Shown: piece by piece, positions 11,394 through 24,195 of the stretch
How the letters are laid out: each line of letters starts with the position of its first letter
Numbering within the stretch: the first letter of the stretch is position 1
NCBI GenBank assembly: GCA_030390025.1
Contig: CM059433.1
Coordinates: 17,548,001 to 17,612,000 of the forward strand
Direction of reading: 5' to 3'
Length of the DNA: 64,000 nucleotides
Source of the DNA: Squalus acanthias
Lineage: Eukaryota
The notes under the pieces: model-generated
What the model was told of the DNA's origin: nothing
Seen by the model: only the letters and a program-made list of their open reading frames with translations
Databases searched by the model: none
Made by a program: the position numbers and the translations under genes

Positions 11394-12878
11394 TTTTTTA
11401 AATTTGTTCATGGGATGTGGGCATCGCTGGCAAGGCCAGCATTTATTGCCCATCCCTAATTGCCCTTGAGAAGGTGGTGGTGAGCCACCTTCTTGAACCG
11501 CTGCAGTCTGTGTGGTGAAGGTACTCCCACAGTGCTGTTAGGTAGGGAGTTCCAGGATCTTGACCCAGCGACGATGAAGGATCGGTGATACACTTCTAAG
11601 TCAGGATGGTGTGTGACTTGGAGGGGAACTTGGAGGTGGTGGTGTTCCCATGCGCCTGCTGCCCTTGTCCTTCTAGTTGGAAGAGGTCGCGGGTTTGGGA
11701 GGTGCTGCCGAAGAAGCCTTGGCGAGTTGCTGCAGTGCATCTTGTAGATGGTACACACTGCAGCCACGGTACACCAGTGGTGGAGGGAGTGAATGTTTAA
11801 GGTGGTGGATGGGGTGCCAATCAAGCAGGCTGCTTTGTCCTGGATGGTGTCGAGCTTCTTGAGTGTTGTTGGAGCTGCACTCATCCAGGCAAGTGGAGAG
11901 TATTCCATCACACTCCTTACTTGTGCCTTGTAGATGGTAGAAAGGCTTTGGGGAGTCAGGAGGTGAGACACTCGCTGCAGAATACCCAGCCTCTGACCTG
12001 CTCTTGCTGCCACATTATTTATGTGACTGGTTCAGTTAAGTTTCTGGTCAATGGTGACCCCCAGGATGTGGATGGTGGGCGATTCGGCGATGGTAATGCC
12101 GTTGAATGTCAAGGGGCGGTGGTTAGACTCTCGCTTGTTGGAGATAGTCATTGCCTGGCACTTCTGTGGTGCGAATGTTACCTGCCACTTTTCAGCCCAA
12201 GCCTGAACGTCGTCCAGGTCTTGTTGCATGCGGGCATGGACTGCTTCATTATCTGAGGAGTTGTGAATGGCGCTGAACACTCTGCAGTCATCAGCGAACA
12301 TCCCCATTTCTGACCTTATGTTGGAGGGAAGGTCATTGATGAAGCAGCTGAAGATGGTTGGGCCTAGGACACTGCCCTGAGGAACTCCTGCAGCGATGTC
12401 CTGGAGCTGTGATGATTGACCTTCAATCACCACAACCATCTTCCTTTGTGCTAGGTATGACTCCAGCCAGTGGAGAGTTTTCCCCCCCGATTCCCATTGA
12501 CTTCAGTTTTACTAGGGCAGCTTGATGCCACACTCGGTCAAATGCTGCCTTCATGTCAAGGGCAGTCACTCTCACCTCACCTCTGGAATTCAACTCCTTT
12601 GTCCAGGTTTGGACCAAGGCTGTAATGAGGTCGGGAGCCGAGTGGTCTTGGCGGAACCCAAACTGGGCATCAGTGAGCAGGTTATTGGTGAGTAAGTGCC
12701 GCTTGATAGCACTGTCGATGACACCTTCCATCATTTTGCTGATGATTGAGAGTAGACTGATGGGGCGGTAATTGGCCAGATTGGATTTGTCCTGCTTTTT
12801 GTGGACAGGACATACCTGGGCAGTTTTCCACATCGTCGGATAGATGCCAGTGTTGCAGCTGTACTGGAACAGCTTCAC
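11394..12878 (-). mobile_element. 5'-truncated CR1-group non-LTR retrotransposon (family B), RT to 3' poly(A)
   Basis: NYRPISLLS, QFGFR, LDMKAAFDRVWH, GVPQGSVLGP, FADD; two frame breaks; 3' UTR GGGCAATAAATGCTGGCCTTGCCAGCGATGCCCACATCCC then A-tail. Confidence 0.92.
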
Positions 12879-13459
12879 TCGTCATTTCAGTTGCTGTTCC
12901 TGCATCTCCCTCCTGTCTCGATTGCCAGCTGATATCTCGCTCATTGAAATTAAATTAAGTATCTGTACATTTATTTTTTGAGCGCTTTAGCCAAGTCCAC
13001 ATTCACTGCATGTGGTGGCAGTTGATTACATCAGTTAGTAACTGTGTGTGAAGAAGTTGTCCCTTAGGTTACCATCCTGCAGGATCAGTCCATGCCTTCA
13101 GCAGACAAGGGAAGAAATCTGGAGGGACGAAACAGACAGCAAGAAGTAAATATTAGCCAAGTAAATCAACAGCTAAAAAGAATCAAAGACACTAAAGGGC
13201 CAGTAAAGGTATGCTAATTAATCAAACCTTCTGAAGGACCAGCGCGAGTAGAACTGAGGGAATTTAGAATAAAGCAGCTGGACGCAGTATAATTAAGGGG
13301 AAAAAAATCTGTTTTTGAAGGGGGCATAACGAAGTCCCAATGGCAGTTTCCAACCTCATGAGGATAGAGAAAACAAAAAATACTCTCAAGATCTTCCGGG
13401 TTCATTACACCCGCTACTGACCTCCTGCATGCCATTCCTCCAAAGGGCATTCAGGGAAG

Positions 13460-14225
13460 TGCAAGATTTGGATCACAAGTCACACACAGATTACCCAAAG
13501 GGTCTTAGGAGTCAGAGGTCATTTTATTAAGGAGCGGCAGTTCAAATATAATCAAATACAACACGCGATCAGGATAGACGTAGTAGACATACAACAGATG
13601 AGAACGGTTTACCGGCCCCGGAACGGACAGACAGAGGGAGGTTGAGGCAAGAACGGTGGTCTCGGATCCATGCAGCCTGCGGCAGTGGTCTCTTCCTCTT
13701 CGGTCGTCTCCCAAGGCTGGCGGAGGTGTTAAGCCAAAGCCAGCATGAATCCACCCTGGGGAAGCTCTTCCCCTCTCTGCCGATTTTTCCCTTTCAGCTG
13801 CCCATTTATATACCTTATTTCAGGGGGGCGCCGGTGGATACCTCGCGTCAATCATTTGTTACCCATTCAATTGTCCAATTACAGGGGAATAGGTATCTAT
13901 GGCAGACCCCTCCCAGACTCATGAGGTCATTCCTTTGCTTATCTCCTGTTTGGACATCTTGCACTTTCTCCGAGACAGTTTGTTTATCATAAGGCTCCTT
14001 ACTCGACCTCTTATCAGGCCCAGCTACGCCTATATGAAGGCCTGTTTCTGCGTTAATCCCTTGCAAATTACCTCAGCTCTTTGTGCAACTCCTTATCTGA
14101 CATGATTGGAATCCTTCTGTGTCATCAGCTTGTCCTGGCTGCTGAGCGAGGCAAACCCATTTCTTTGATCAAACCATTATGTCTTTTGACAATTCACAAT
14201 TTCTTCCAATCCACGATTTCTTACA
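13460..14225 (-). mobile_element. Solo LTR (766 bp), Ty3/Gypsy or class I ERV type
   Basis: TG..CA ends with short inverted termini TGCAAGA/TCTTACA; 4-bp TSD GAAG (13456-13459, 14226-14229); minus-strand TATATAAA (13805-13812) upstream of AATAAA (13523-13528). Confidence 0.75.
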
Positions 14226-16396
14226 GAAGATACAAAATAACATTTTTTTCAACTTAAAAATAACTTAAACTGGAAGGTATCCAGTGTTGCTCTGATCCAG
14301 TTCTCCCCTGGCATTGAGATAAATGAGATTATCTTGTATTGGGACGAAAATGCTTTTTGATTAGACAGGAAGAATCCTGGCACATTATACAAACCGCTGA
14401 AAAAACAGAAGAAACAGCATACAGTGGCTGGGCAAAATAACATGTAATTAACTTTTGATGAATTCATTCAGCTAATCACACTTAATGAAAAATACCATCA
14501 GTGGAAACAGCTGTCTAGGATGTTGAAGTCACCATTCATCTCAAAGCAGTTCCTGCAATATTTTGACACCACATTTGCGGTACTGTAGTAGTACAAGAAG
14601 TATTTGATTATTCAGTTATAGTTCAATAACAAGGCATGAAATTAAGCAGCAGTCTCTTGATCCGTAACTAGTTTCTACTGACAGATCAGTTGGTGTTTGC
14701 CGCTGATCCAATGAGGGCTTGAAATTAAGGGAAGCATAAGAGCTATAATTACTCACGGCTCAGAAACAATAGCTGCAGTAAAAGTAAAGCTCTTTTTTGG
14801 ACAGCTATGGAACTCCTGCTAAAGCCAAGCCTTAGAAACGCTGTAATGCAGATTTATTTCTGCTCGAGTTTCCCAGCACTATCCTGTCACCTCAAGTCTT
14901 TGCCGAGGAATCTGCGAGCCAAGGCTTTGCTGTTCCGCCAAAAATGTCAAAAGTGTGAGGCTGACGTTTATTGGACAATGTTTGTTTTTGCCTTCAGGTT
15001 CATGTCAATGAAAGAGTGGATCAGTAAATGTCTAAATTCATCAGACAACGTCCTTTATCCACCTGCATCAATATTTAAGCTAACATAAACTGATCGCTAA
15101 CCATGAGTAACCAGTTTTACAGTGAATAGCACGCCGCTTTTGAATTTAATAGGATTTAATGTCTGTGCGTTAAGGGAAAGCCATTTGCTTTTCATATTTT
15201 CAGCCCCAGTGTGTTGTGAAAATAATAAACAAACTTCAAAGTTTAAGTCGCTACATCTCTACGTTTTTTGTTTGCTGTTTTTTCCCCCACTCCCAGAGGT
15301 TTTCTGTTGTAGAACCTCAATTTGTAAACCAGAAGAGACAATTGTAATGAACTAAAAACATGGGCTTGATGTTTTCATTTTTTTTTAATTCCCGTAATAG
15401 AGAAATGGGTTAAGAAAATGTGATATACAAAAGCCTTAGGCAAGTTGCATCTTATTATTACAATGTAAAGTGCTGTTACTATTCCAATTTGATTGACCTA
15501 CTTAAGCAAAAGTCTTTGATGTGATCACTTTGATCTTCTTTTCCCAACCTTTATCGGTGGAAAAAAAATCTAATCGCGTTCTTGCCGCTGCATTGCTGCT
15601 GCTTGATTTTATCCTCAAATGTTTAATGCGTTATGAGGTTGGCAAAGCTATACCACAATCAGGCTATTTTAATACGACTTGTAATGCAACTGTTTTGGTT
15701 AAAACAATGAATGCAAGATCAAAGGAACCACTTGAGAATGAGCAATTTTAATCCTCTTCATTTGTCCTCAGACAATATCACAGACGTATTTACATATGTG
15801 CTATTTACATATGGTGTAAGTACAAAGCCAACTTCTTTCCTATTCCCTGTATCCCTTATCATGAGTTGTCTTACTTGCTAGGAAAGAGATAAGGGGATAA
15901 TTCATATTAGAAATATTCTGATTTCAGCACTGTGCAGGAACTGCATTGAATTCTCCTCTCTGCGTTGGACGCAAAGGTGGGGAAAAAGTCTGCACGCAAA
16001 TCCAGAGAGACATATACCCAGGAAAGAGCAGACATTGGGGGATGTGAAGGAGGCAAACCTAGAGTTAAGATGCTTATACATGAATTCCAGAAGCATTAGA
16101 AATACGATGACATTGTGGGAGCAATTAACTATGGGAATAACAGAAACATGGCTGAACCCGCAGGATGGCAAGGAATTTAACATTTTGGATTATGGAGTGT
16201 TCAGAAAAAGAGAGTGGTCAGAAAAGAATGTATTGAAGCAATATATGAATATATGTATAACTGGGAGGTAAATGAGGTTAATCATGTGGAAGGGGTAAGC
16301 TACATAATTAATTATTCTGGTTAAAAATCTCGAATGTGAAAAAATCCAAGCCAACACTAGGGGCATGCTACAGACCATCACATCCATAGTTTATTA

Positions 16397-16588
16397 TGTG
16401 AGGAGATTGACGTAAGAAAACTACTAGGCACTTGGTCTAAGCGTTAAACAAAGCTTTAATCAACTGTTTTACAACATGGAGGTCTAGTTGTGGCCTTCAC
16501 TAGTTCCTGTTAAGAATGTCCTGCACAAGCTGGGCCCGTGCCCGAGTATTTATACTCTCCCTGGACAGCGCCACCCGCAGGCCACTCA
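16397..16588 (-). mobile_element. Candidate short solo LTR (192 bp)
   Basis: TG..CA ends; flanks TTATTA / GTATTA; minus-strand TATAAATA followed by ATTAAA; interrupts the old CR1. Confidence 0.4.
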
Positions 16589-16752
16589 GTATTATTTCAT
16601 AAGTCATGAATGACAGATTCATGTCAGAGATGATAAGTGTAAGTGAGAACAAGAAAGTTGCTTTAATGGGAGACTTCATACAACAAGATATAAATTGGGA
16701 AAACCTAGGTGGTTCACAGACAGCAAATGTATCACACACCTGCTTCATGAGT

Positions 16753-17154
16753 GTCAGCTGTGGCTCAGTGGGTAGCACACTCGCCTCTGAGTCAGAAGGT
16801 TGTGGGTTCAAGTCCCACTCCCGGGACTTGAGTTCATAAATCTAGGTTGACACTCCAATGCAGTGCTGAGGGAGTGCTGCACTGTCGGATGTGCCGTCTT
16901 TTGGATGAGACGTTAAACCGAGGCTCCATCTGCTCTCTCAGGTCAATATTATCCCTCAATCAACATAACAAAACAGATTATCTGGTCATTACCATATTGC
17001 TGTTTGTGGGAGCTTGCTGTGCGCAAATTGGCTGCCGCGCTTCCTACATTACAGCGGTGGCTACACATCAAAAAGTACTTCATTGGCTGTAAAGTGCTTT
17101 GAGACGTCTGGTGGTCGTGAAAGGCGCTATATAAATGCAAGTCTTTCTTCTTTC
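16753..17154 (+). mobile_element. tRNA-derived Deu-domain SINE (SacSINE1-like) with internal deletion
   Basis: A box TGGCTCAGTGG, B box GGTTCAAGTCC, Deu-like core GCCGTCTTTTGGATGAGACGTTAAACCGAGG, tail GGCGCTATATAAATGCAAGTCTTTC; flanks TTCATGAGT/TTCATGACT. Confidence 0.9.
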
Positions 17155-18489
17155 ATGACTCGGTGCTTATCTTAACCTTGTATTCGTAAATGATTCAGAC
17201 AATTCACAGCAAATGGAAGTTGAGTTGTAGCACCCCTGGGGTCAGCGACCTTGGAATGATCGATTTAACATGATCTTGGATTCAGCAATATCAAAGACCA
17301 GGAGCCACGTACATGACTTGAAAGGGCTGAATTCAAAGAAATGGGGGATGAACTAAAACAAATAGATTGAGGAGGATGTTTTTCTGCACTTCAGCAGAAG
17401 AACATTGGGAAATGTTCAGAGGAATAAGCACGCATGACGAATATATACCTAGGATCAGCAAACTCAAACTAAACAACCGTGTCCCTGAACGCATTAACAA
17501 ACAGATTAAAAGTAAAATAAAGAGGAAGATTGACTGCCACAAATCTTGCAGGAAGAAAGAGGAAGGGTTTCACCAGTAAAAATGTGGTGGTCATATTCGA
17601 AAAGGACGATAAAACAGACACAGGCAATGACAGACCCATTCATCTTCAATTCCATGTACAAAAATGGAATCCATTATCAAGATTAAATTTGAGGATTATT
17701 CATATAACAACAACCTAGTAAACAGCAGTCACTGCAGCTTTAGAAGAGGAGATGCTGCCTGACCAACTTCCTTGAGGAAGTGGTAACCCACGTGCACTGT
17801 AGTAAACTCTATGCCATCATGCACTTGGGCTTCCAAAAGGCGTTTGATAAAGTTCCACATGAAGGGCTTGTAGTTAAGCTCAAAGTTGTGGGATTATAGC
17901 TAAAACTTGGAAGTGGATAAGAAATTGGCTGAAGGGTAGAAAACAAAATTTACTGGTTAGGAGAGTCATGTTGGGAAAGTACTGAGTGCGGTGCCCCAAG
18001 GCTCACTGTTTTGGAATATTACTGTTTCGAGGTTTACATCAGTGATTTGGATTTAAAAATGAATGCAAATTGGTCAAATTTGCAGATGATACCAAACTAA
18101 GAGGAGCAGTAGAATAGAAGGAGGCAGCCTAGAAATTACAGAATGAGTTAAACAAAATATGTGAGTGGTCCAAACAACAGCAGGTGAAAGTTAATGTGAA
18201 CTTTTGCACGTAGGAAGGAAAAATGGGCAATATAAGTATTCATGAATGGTGTTGAAATAAATAATGATGAAGTTGAGAGAGTCCTAGGCATCTTAGTAGA
18301 TCTGACGCTCAACATGTGCAACCAATGCAGAGCAGCAATGAACTACAATAGTCAGAGCAGCAGTTTACGAATCAGAGGAAGCCATGGTCAAACTCTACAG
18401 TGCTCTGGTCAGACTCCACCTTGAGTAATATGTCTGGTCTTGGTTGCCAAGAAAAAAAAGAGATATTCAAGTGCTGGAGGCAGTGCAGG

Positions 18490-19180
18490 GAAGTGTTAGG
18501 TAGGGAGTTCCACAACTTTGATCTGGCATTGATGAAGGAACCGCGGTATATGTTCAGGTCATGATGATCTGTGACCTGGATGAGAACTTGGAGGTGATGA
18601 TTTTGAAGTAGGCTTGATGAATTGCTGCAGTGCAGCTTGCATATTCTGGCCTCTTGCACATCCCCGATTTTAATCGCTCCACCATTGGCGGCTTTGCTTT
18701 CAGCTGCCTAGGCCCTAAGCTCTGAAATTCCCTCCCTTAACCTCTCTGCCTCTACCTTTCTCTCCACCTTTAAGACGCTCCTTAAAACCTACCTCTTTGA
18801 CCAAGCTATTGGTTGCCTGTCCTAATATCTCCTTATGTGGCTCAGTATCACATTTTGTTTGATAATAGCTCCTGTGAAGTGCCATGGGACATTTTACTAT
18901 GTTAAAGGCACTATATAAATGCTGTTGTTGTAGTAGATAGTACATACTGCATCCATGATGTATCTCTAATGGTGTGGGCAGATATTAGTCCTGTGATGGG
19001 GTGCTAATCAAGTGGATCGCTCTGTTCTGGATGTGTTATTTCAGCTGTACACATCCAGGTGAATAATCCATCACACTCCTGACCTGAGCCTTGTAAAGGA
19101 TGGATAAACTGTGAGGGGTCAGGAGGTGAACCACTCATCAATGAATACCCACCATCTGCCTAGAGTTTATAGTCATGTTG
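18490..19180 (-). mobile_element. Decayed family-B LINE fragment split by an L2 3' insert
   Basis: GTGTTAGGTAGGGAGTTCC..GATGAAGGAAC and AGGGGTCAGGAGGTGA blocks match 11530-11990. Confidence 0.65.
18640..18931 (+). mobile_element. L2 LINE 3' fragment
   Basis: CTGGCCTCTTGCACATCCCCGATTTTAATCGC..GGCACTATATAAATGCTGTTGTTG; near-identical to 1670-1960 and 45580-45878. Confidence 0.85.
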
Positions 19181-19184
19181 TTTT

Positions 19185-19430
19185 ACAATTGAGCGGCTTG
19201 GTAGTCTACAACAGAGGGCATTAAGAGTCCCATGTAATCCTTCCCTGAAAGATATCAGTGAACCAGTTGGGTTTTCTGCAATAATATGGCAGTTTTGATG
19301 ATCGGTTTCCCTGTGTTTGCCCATAAATTACCAGATTTATTGAATTTAATTTCACAACTGGCCACAACTGGTGGGGTTTGAACCAATGACCTCTGGGTTG
19401 CTTGTCCAGTACCATGGCTACTACACTTGG
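19185..19430 (-). mobile_element. Decayed tRNA-derived SINE (third family)
   Basis: Minus strand CTGGACAAGCAACCCAGAGG..GGTTCAAACCCC (B box), AATTCAATAAATCTGG, AAAACCCAACTGGTTCACT. Confidence 0.55.
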
Positions 19431-19449
19431 GTGTTAAAGAGTGGGAATA

Positions 19450-19680
19450 AGTCAAGGGGACACACTTTCAAACCAGTAAAAGAACGTTTTAGGATTGATA
19501 TCGGGAAGAGAGTGATCAACATGTGAAATGGACTTCCAGATAGAGTAGTGGAAGGAAAAACCCGGAATCATTTAAGAAACAAATAGATGCAGCAATAAGG
19601 AGACTTCAGGGTCTTTCTGGATGGATGAATAAAAATGGGCCAAATGACCTTTCTCATCTGAAAGCACCTTCGATCTTGTG
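19450..19680 (+). mobile_element. Decayed CR1 3' end, probably belonging to the 16030-18490 element
   Basis: AGGGGACACACTTTCAAAC..AGAGAGTGATCAACATGTGAAATGGACTTCC (RGH..RV.N.WN.LP remnant) and GATGGGCCAAATG-type 3' UTR. Confidence 0.55.
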
Positions 19681-19815
19681 AACCCTAGCTTATTTTCCAA
19701 GGGAGCTGAGGCTAATTGCAGTGTCGCTCGAACTACCCTGGCTAAAATCAGTTAACTCAGCACAGACTGGGAAGTAAACCTAGAATTTTCTGGTCTATAT
19801 TGCTCAGTTGATATT

Positions 19816-20580
19816 GGGCCAGAAATTCGGCACTTGCCGGGTGAGTACGCGCTGTGTACTCACCCATAAGGCCACCTGAAGTGTCGGTTTCCTGCATGCA
19901 CTGCGCATGCATGGGAAACCGGAACTTCCGGTTTCATGAAGGGAGTGGTTCAGAGGTGAACCGCGTGCACGGGAGAGGCTGCGCGCACGCAACGAACTTA
20001 GGTTTTTTTTCAGGTTTCTCCGGGAAGGTAAGTATGGAAGAAGCTGCACTTTTAAAAAGGAGGCGCAAGACCCGTTTTTAACAAGGTAAGTGGTTAATTA
20101 ATTACAATTTAAAAAAATTTTCAACAGATTTATCTTTTTTAGATACTTTAAAGAAAGGTAAGTTTATTTTTAGCACTGTTAAAAAGTATTTTAATTTTGT
20201 CAAAAATTAAAATTTTTGTTTAAAGCAGTTAATTTATTTAACTTATAGTTATTTTAAAAATGTGATGTATTTTTTAAAATTTATTTGAAGTTTAGGTGTT
20301 GTTTTGGGGCCGATTTCAATTCATAGATTTGACAGGTCTTCCTGTCAAATCTATGAATGAAAGATGATCTGCTGCCATTGGCTCTCCATGGCCCACGGGA
20401 TCCCAGGGGACGCATCGCACTAACTACGCCCCTGGGATACACAAGCACTGCGCGCCGGCAGCTGCAGGAGGCCCAGGAGCTGAAGTCCCCGTGGGCCCAG
20501 AGGTCAACGGCAGGCGCGGTAGGTAGGTGCGCGCGCGATCATTGCACCCGCGGGAAGCCAGGGAGCCTAATTTCTGGGCC
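19816..20580. mobile_element. Harbinger-like MITE (765 bp), GC-rich arms with AT-rich core
   Basis: TIR GGGCCAGAAATT / AATTTCTGGGCC (11/12); flanks ATT/AAT; splits a SINE remnant (19690-19812 and 20584-20632). Confidence 0.8.
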
Positions 20581-21152
20581 AATGTGGCCCAGTTTCATGC
20601 TGTTTAACCACTAATTGAACTATCAGGGAAGCCTGGGTTGGGAAGGAGGAGGGGTTCAGACGCTTCTGTGTCTTTGCCTTCAAGAATGGTATAAGTGGGC
20701 CGATGGTTTTCACTCTCCTTTAAACTTGATATCTCTGTGGATGATCATAACTGTGCGAAGACTGTGTTATTGTTAATGAATCCGCTTAGAACATTAAATG
20801 TTTTCCTCATTAATCTATTTGCATTGCACAAGTTACATTATGTATATAAGATTGCATTATCATTAAATAACCAGTTGTTTAGCTTGGTAATTAAAAGATT
20901 TCGTGATATCTGCACATTGAACCAGTTTGTGGTGCTCTCATCGACATAAATCTCAGTAATAAAAAGATTTGAAGATAATAAAGCTATTCTGTTTGGAATA
21001 AAATGTTAATTTTGGATCAGAAGAAAGCACTGTTCTCTGTCTGCTATAAGCAAAACATTCTGCTTTAGTGCTGAGTCATTAGGGTAATTATAAGTAATTA
21101 TTATTAGCAAGATTTTTATTTCAGTGTTCAAATGTTTAGCATAAAAGTGGTT

Positions 21153-21806
21153 GGGGGCAAAATTCGCCTCCTTTACGCCCGCTGTTAGCGCCTCCAGGGG
21201 GCGCTAACGGGGCGCAAAGGGGTTATCGCCTGGTGGGGGGCGATAATAGCTCCTCCTGAGAAATTCGGCGGGGCACGGCTGAGGCGCCAGCCGATAGCGC
21301 CGTGCCCCGGACCGCTGTGCCGCCGGTGATGACATCATCACCGAGCGATGCGACCACACGGCAGAAATATGGCTGCGCCCCACGAGGCTGCTGCAGGCGA
21401 TGTTAGTGACAGCCTCGTGGGTCGAGAACCGGGGCACACACCGCTGGCGGGGTGGTAATTAAAGGGGCGCGCCGCGCCGACATTTGTCGGCCCCTCTGGG
21501 CGTGGTCCGTGGCTGTGTCTCGGTGCCGGGCTGCCCTGGTGGGCTAGTGGAGGCCGTCAAACGGCCTGCAGAGCTTGCAGCATCCCGCCCCTTTAACGGA
21601 AGCATCAGTGCTACGCGGAGCGGCTGTGTAGCGTTCCGGCGCAACTGCCCTTTGCGCCCCAGATACCACCCCGAGAGGAAGTGGAGTGCCCGAGATAGTG
21701 CTCTGTTTCCTCGCCAGGCGGTAAGCCCAATTTAGCGGCCGGGGCGATAATCCCGCTAAATGTCTGGCACTAATTCGGTTACTGCCCCCAACCAAATTTC
21801 TCCCCC
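21153..21806. mobile_element. Harbinger-like MITE (654 bp)
   Basis: TIR GGGGGCAAAATT / AATTTCTCCCCC; 3-bp TSD GTT on both sides; subterminal TTAGCGCC/GGCGCTAA motifs. Confidence 0.88.
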
Positions 21807-22544
21807 GTTGTCTTTTACTACAAACAATACAAAACTTTGTCTTTAATGCCTCTGTTGCTTTTACATGGCTTGCTGATTCCGCCCCCCCCCCACACTCACC
21901 ATATTCTAAATGAATCAAATCTCAAATGCAACTAAGTGTGAGAAAAGAGTGAAGTGGTAAATTTAGTTTCATTCTCTGATGTGTTGGGTGCTTTTGTTGG
22001 ATTGCCTATGAAGACAAACTCAACCAGTCCTTTTAGGTCTCCAATGGAATACAACCGCAGTTTTGCTAGGGTTTCCCATTATCTCCGTTTATTCATTTTC
22101 CAGCCTTGCACTATGTAATTTGATCAATGACTTAGATGTAATGAATTTCTTGCCCATTAATCACGCCAGTCAGATAAGCCGGCTCTTAAGATTCTGCTGA
22201 CAGCTAAGTGGTCTGAATACCACAGTGCGAGTTCTTCCAGCAGGACGCAATTGAGAGGTGGAAGCTGCATTGATTGTTCCCTTGATGCAGGGAACCAGCA
22301 ATCAATTTTCTGTAATACAAGAAGGGGAAACAACTAGCGAGAAACCGTAAGCAAAATGAAGTTCCAAATGAAAGTTGAATTTAAATCAGGTTCTGCGCAC
22401 CTTGTGACACTGTAGCCAGTGTATAACAATCAAAGACTAACTCCTGGAAGAACCTGCACTGTAATATTCAGCCTGCAGAACTGACTGGGCCTTTTTCACT
22501 TGGCTTGGAAATGGAGAAATAGAGGCACAACTATGCAATTGTGT

Positions 22545-22900
22545 CCTCTGCTTTCAATCCTTCCGGTTTCTTCCCACTGGGACATGATTCCATGAGCAGT
22601 GCCATCCTCTGGTCATTCTTCATCACTGAGTCTGTACAGAGAGGACCATTGAGCTATTCAGCTGTGGAAACATTCAGTTGGGCCTGATCTTGTTCTGACT
22701 CAGTTTTCAGTGCTTGTTATATGTCAATTAAATATTGCTGGATAGCATTTAGGAATCCTGGCTGATTCTTCCCTCTGTAGCCTGGAGGACACTGAGGCAG
22801 CCCTAATCACCACTGCTGCCCCAACTGAAATAAGCACTCAATCCCACCTGGACCTTCTCAAATTCAGTGCCACACCAGGTAGTGCATTCACTCAGTAAGT
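22545..22900 (-). mobile_element. Decayed tRNA-derived SINE (same family as 10570-10903)
   Basis: AGGAATCCTGGCTGATT..CACTGAGGC..CAGTGCCACACCAGGTAGTGCATTCACTCA collinear with other copies. Confidence 0.5.
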
Positions 22901-23654
22901 CGTCTGATTTCAGCCATCATTTTTGGACTTGAATAGAGGTTGCCAGGTGGCTGGTGTGGGGATTCTGTCCTGGAGACTTCAGAGCAGGAACTGAGTGTGT
23001 TTGGAATCTTCTCCATACCTCTTCAATGCTCTTTGAGCCACTGTATCTCACGAAGAAAAAGACAACATTTCTGACCATTTTTACTTCTGGTGCAATAACG
23101 TGTGAAGTTCACAAGAACACATTATTCAAAAATATATTTGTTTGAGCTCAGTCTGAACATTAATTCCACTCAACTGTCCTGTGTGGAAAAAGTCTCAGCT
23201 GTCGGCTGTGACAGCATTTAAAAACTATGTCAGCTGAAGAGATGTAACATATTTTGAAACACTTGTATGTGCAGTGTACAATTTACAGATTTTATGTCGA
23301 GTTAAATCCTACACATACATCAAGTTTTATACAAAGTGCCTTTATCTGAACCCAGTTTTGAATGGTGCCTTTCAGGTGGATCTTCATTCTTTGTGCATGA
23401 TTTGACAGTGAGGGGTGGAATGAGCACAGAGGAAGCTCCAGGGAAGTTATCTTGTTAATAATGGGTGTCTTCTATCCCCACCTGTGTTTCTATATTTTGC
23501 TTACTTCCGTTGGCTTTACTTGAAAATAATTTTCTTTGAAAACATACCATTAACTTTTTGCTGAGCAGCTCTTGAGTTTGATAAGGCAGGGACTTAGGTC
23601 AAGAGTACACCATAGGCTTTCTTGCCATCGGTAGACTAAGAGGGTCAGGTCTTA

Positions 23655-24195
23655 GAATCATACTATTTTACATCACACCAGGAGGCCCTTTGGCCCATTG
23701 CACCTGTGCTGGCTTTCTGAAAGACCTATCCACTTGTTCCCATTGCCCTGTCCTTTATCCATAACCTTTCACATTTTTCTTATTCAAATGTTTATCCACT
23801 TCCCTTTAAAAATGATTGTAGATTCTTCTTCCACTACTGTTTCTGGCAAGGCATTCCATGTCCCTGTATAAAGAAATCTCCGAATCTCTTCTTTCGTTCT
23901 TTGAGTGATGACTTAAATTTATGCCGTCCAATTACAGACTCATTGACCAGTGAAAATAGTTTTCCCTATTTACCTCATCAAAACCTCTCATAATTTTGAA
24001 CAGCTCTACTAGATCACTTCCTAATGAAAAGGAACTCCAGCTTCTTTCGTCTCACTTAAATCCTTACTTAATGCCTTACTTAAATCATTCTTATTCATGA
24101 TATCATCTTAGTGAATCTCTTCTTCCCACTCTCCATGGCTTTGTCATCCATCCTAAACTAAGGCGCCCAAGACTGGACACAATTTTAGCCTAACT
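23655..24195 (-). mobile_element. Decayed CR1 3' fragment
   Basis: AGAATCATAC..GGAGGCCCTTTGGCCCATTG 3' UTR and GGCATTCCA..CCAAGACTGGACACAAT ORF2 remnants matching 48061-48635. Confidence 0.7.

Larger units (their letters stand above)
16030..18490 (+). mobile_element. Old, heavily decayed CR1 ORF2 (APE to RT), interrupted by younger inserts
   Basis: LRCLYMNSRSIRN, ITETWLN, MGDF..DINWE, KAFDKVPH, VPQGS, KFADDTKL remnants in order. Confidence 0.8.

Noticed and set aside
16753..16830. tRNA-like sequence (also at 34180-34253 and 61070-61146)
   Set aside because: SINE heads continuous with Deu core and LINE-like tail; not stand-alone tRNA genes
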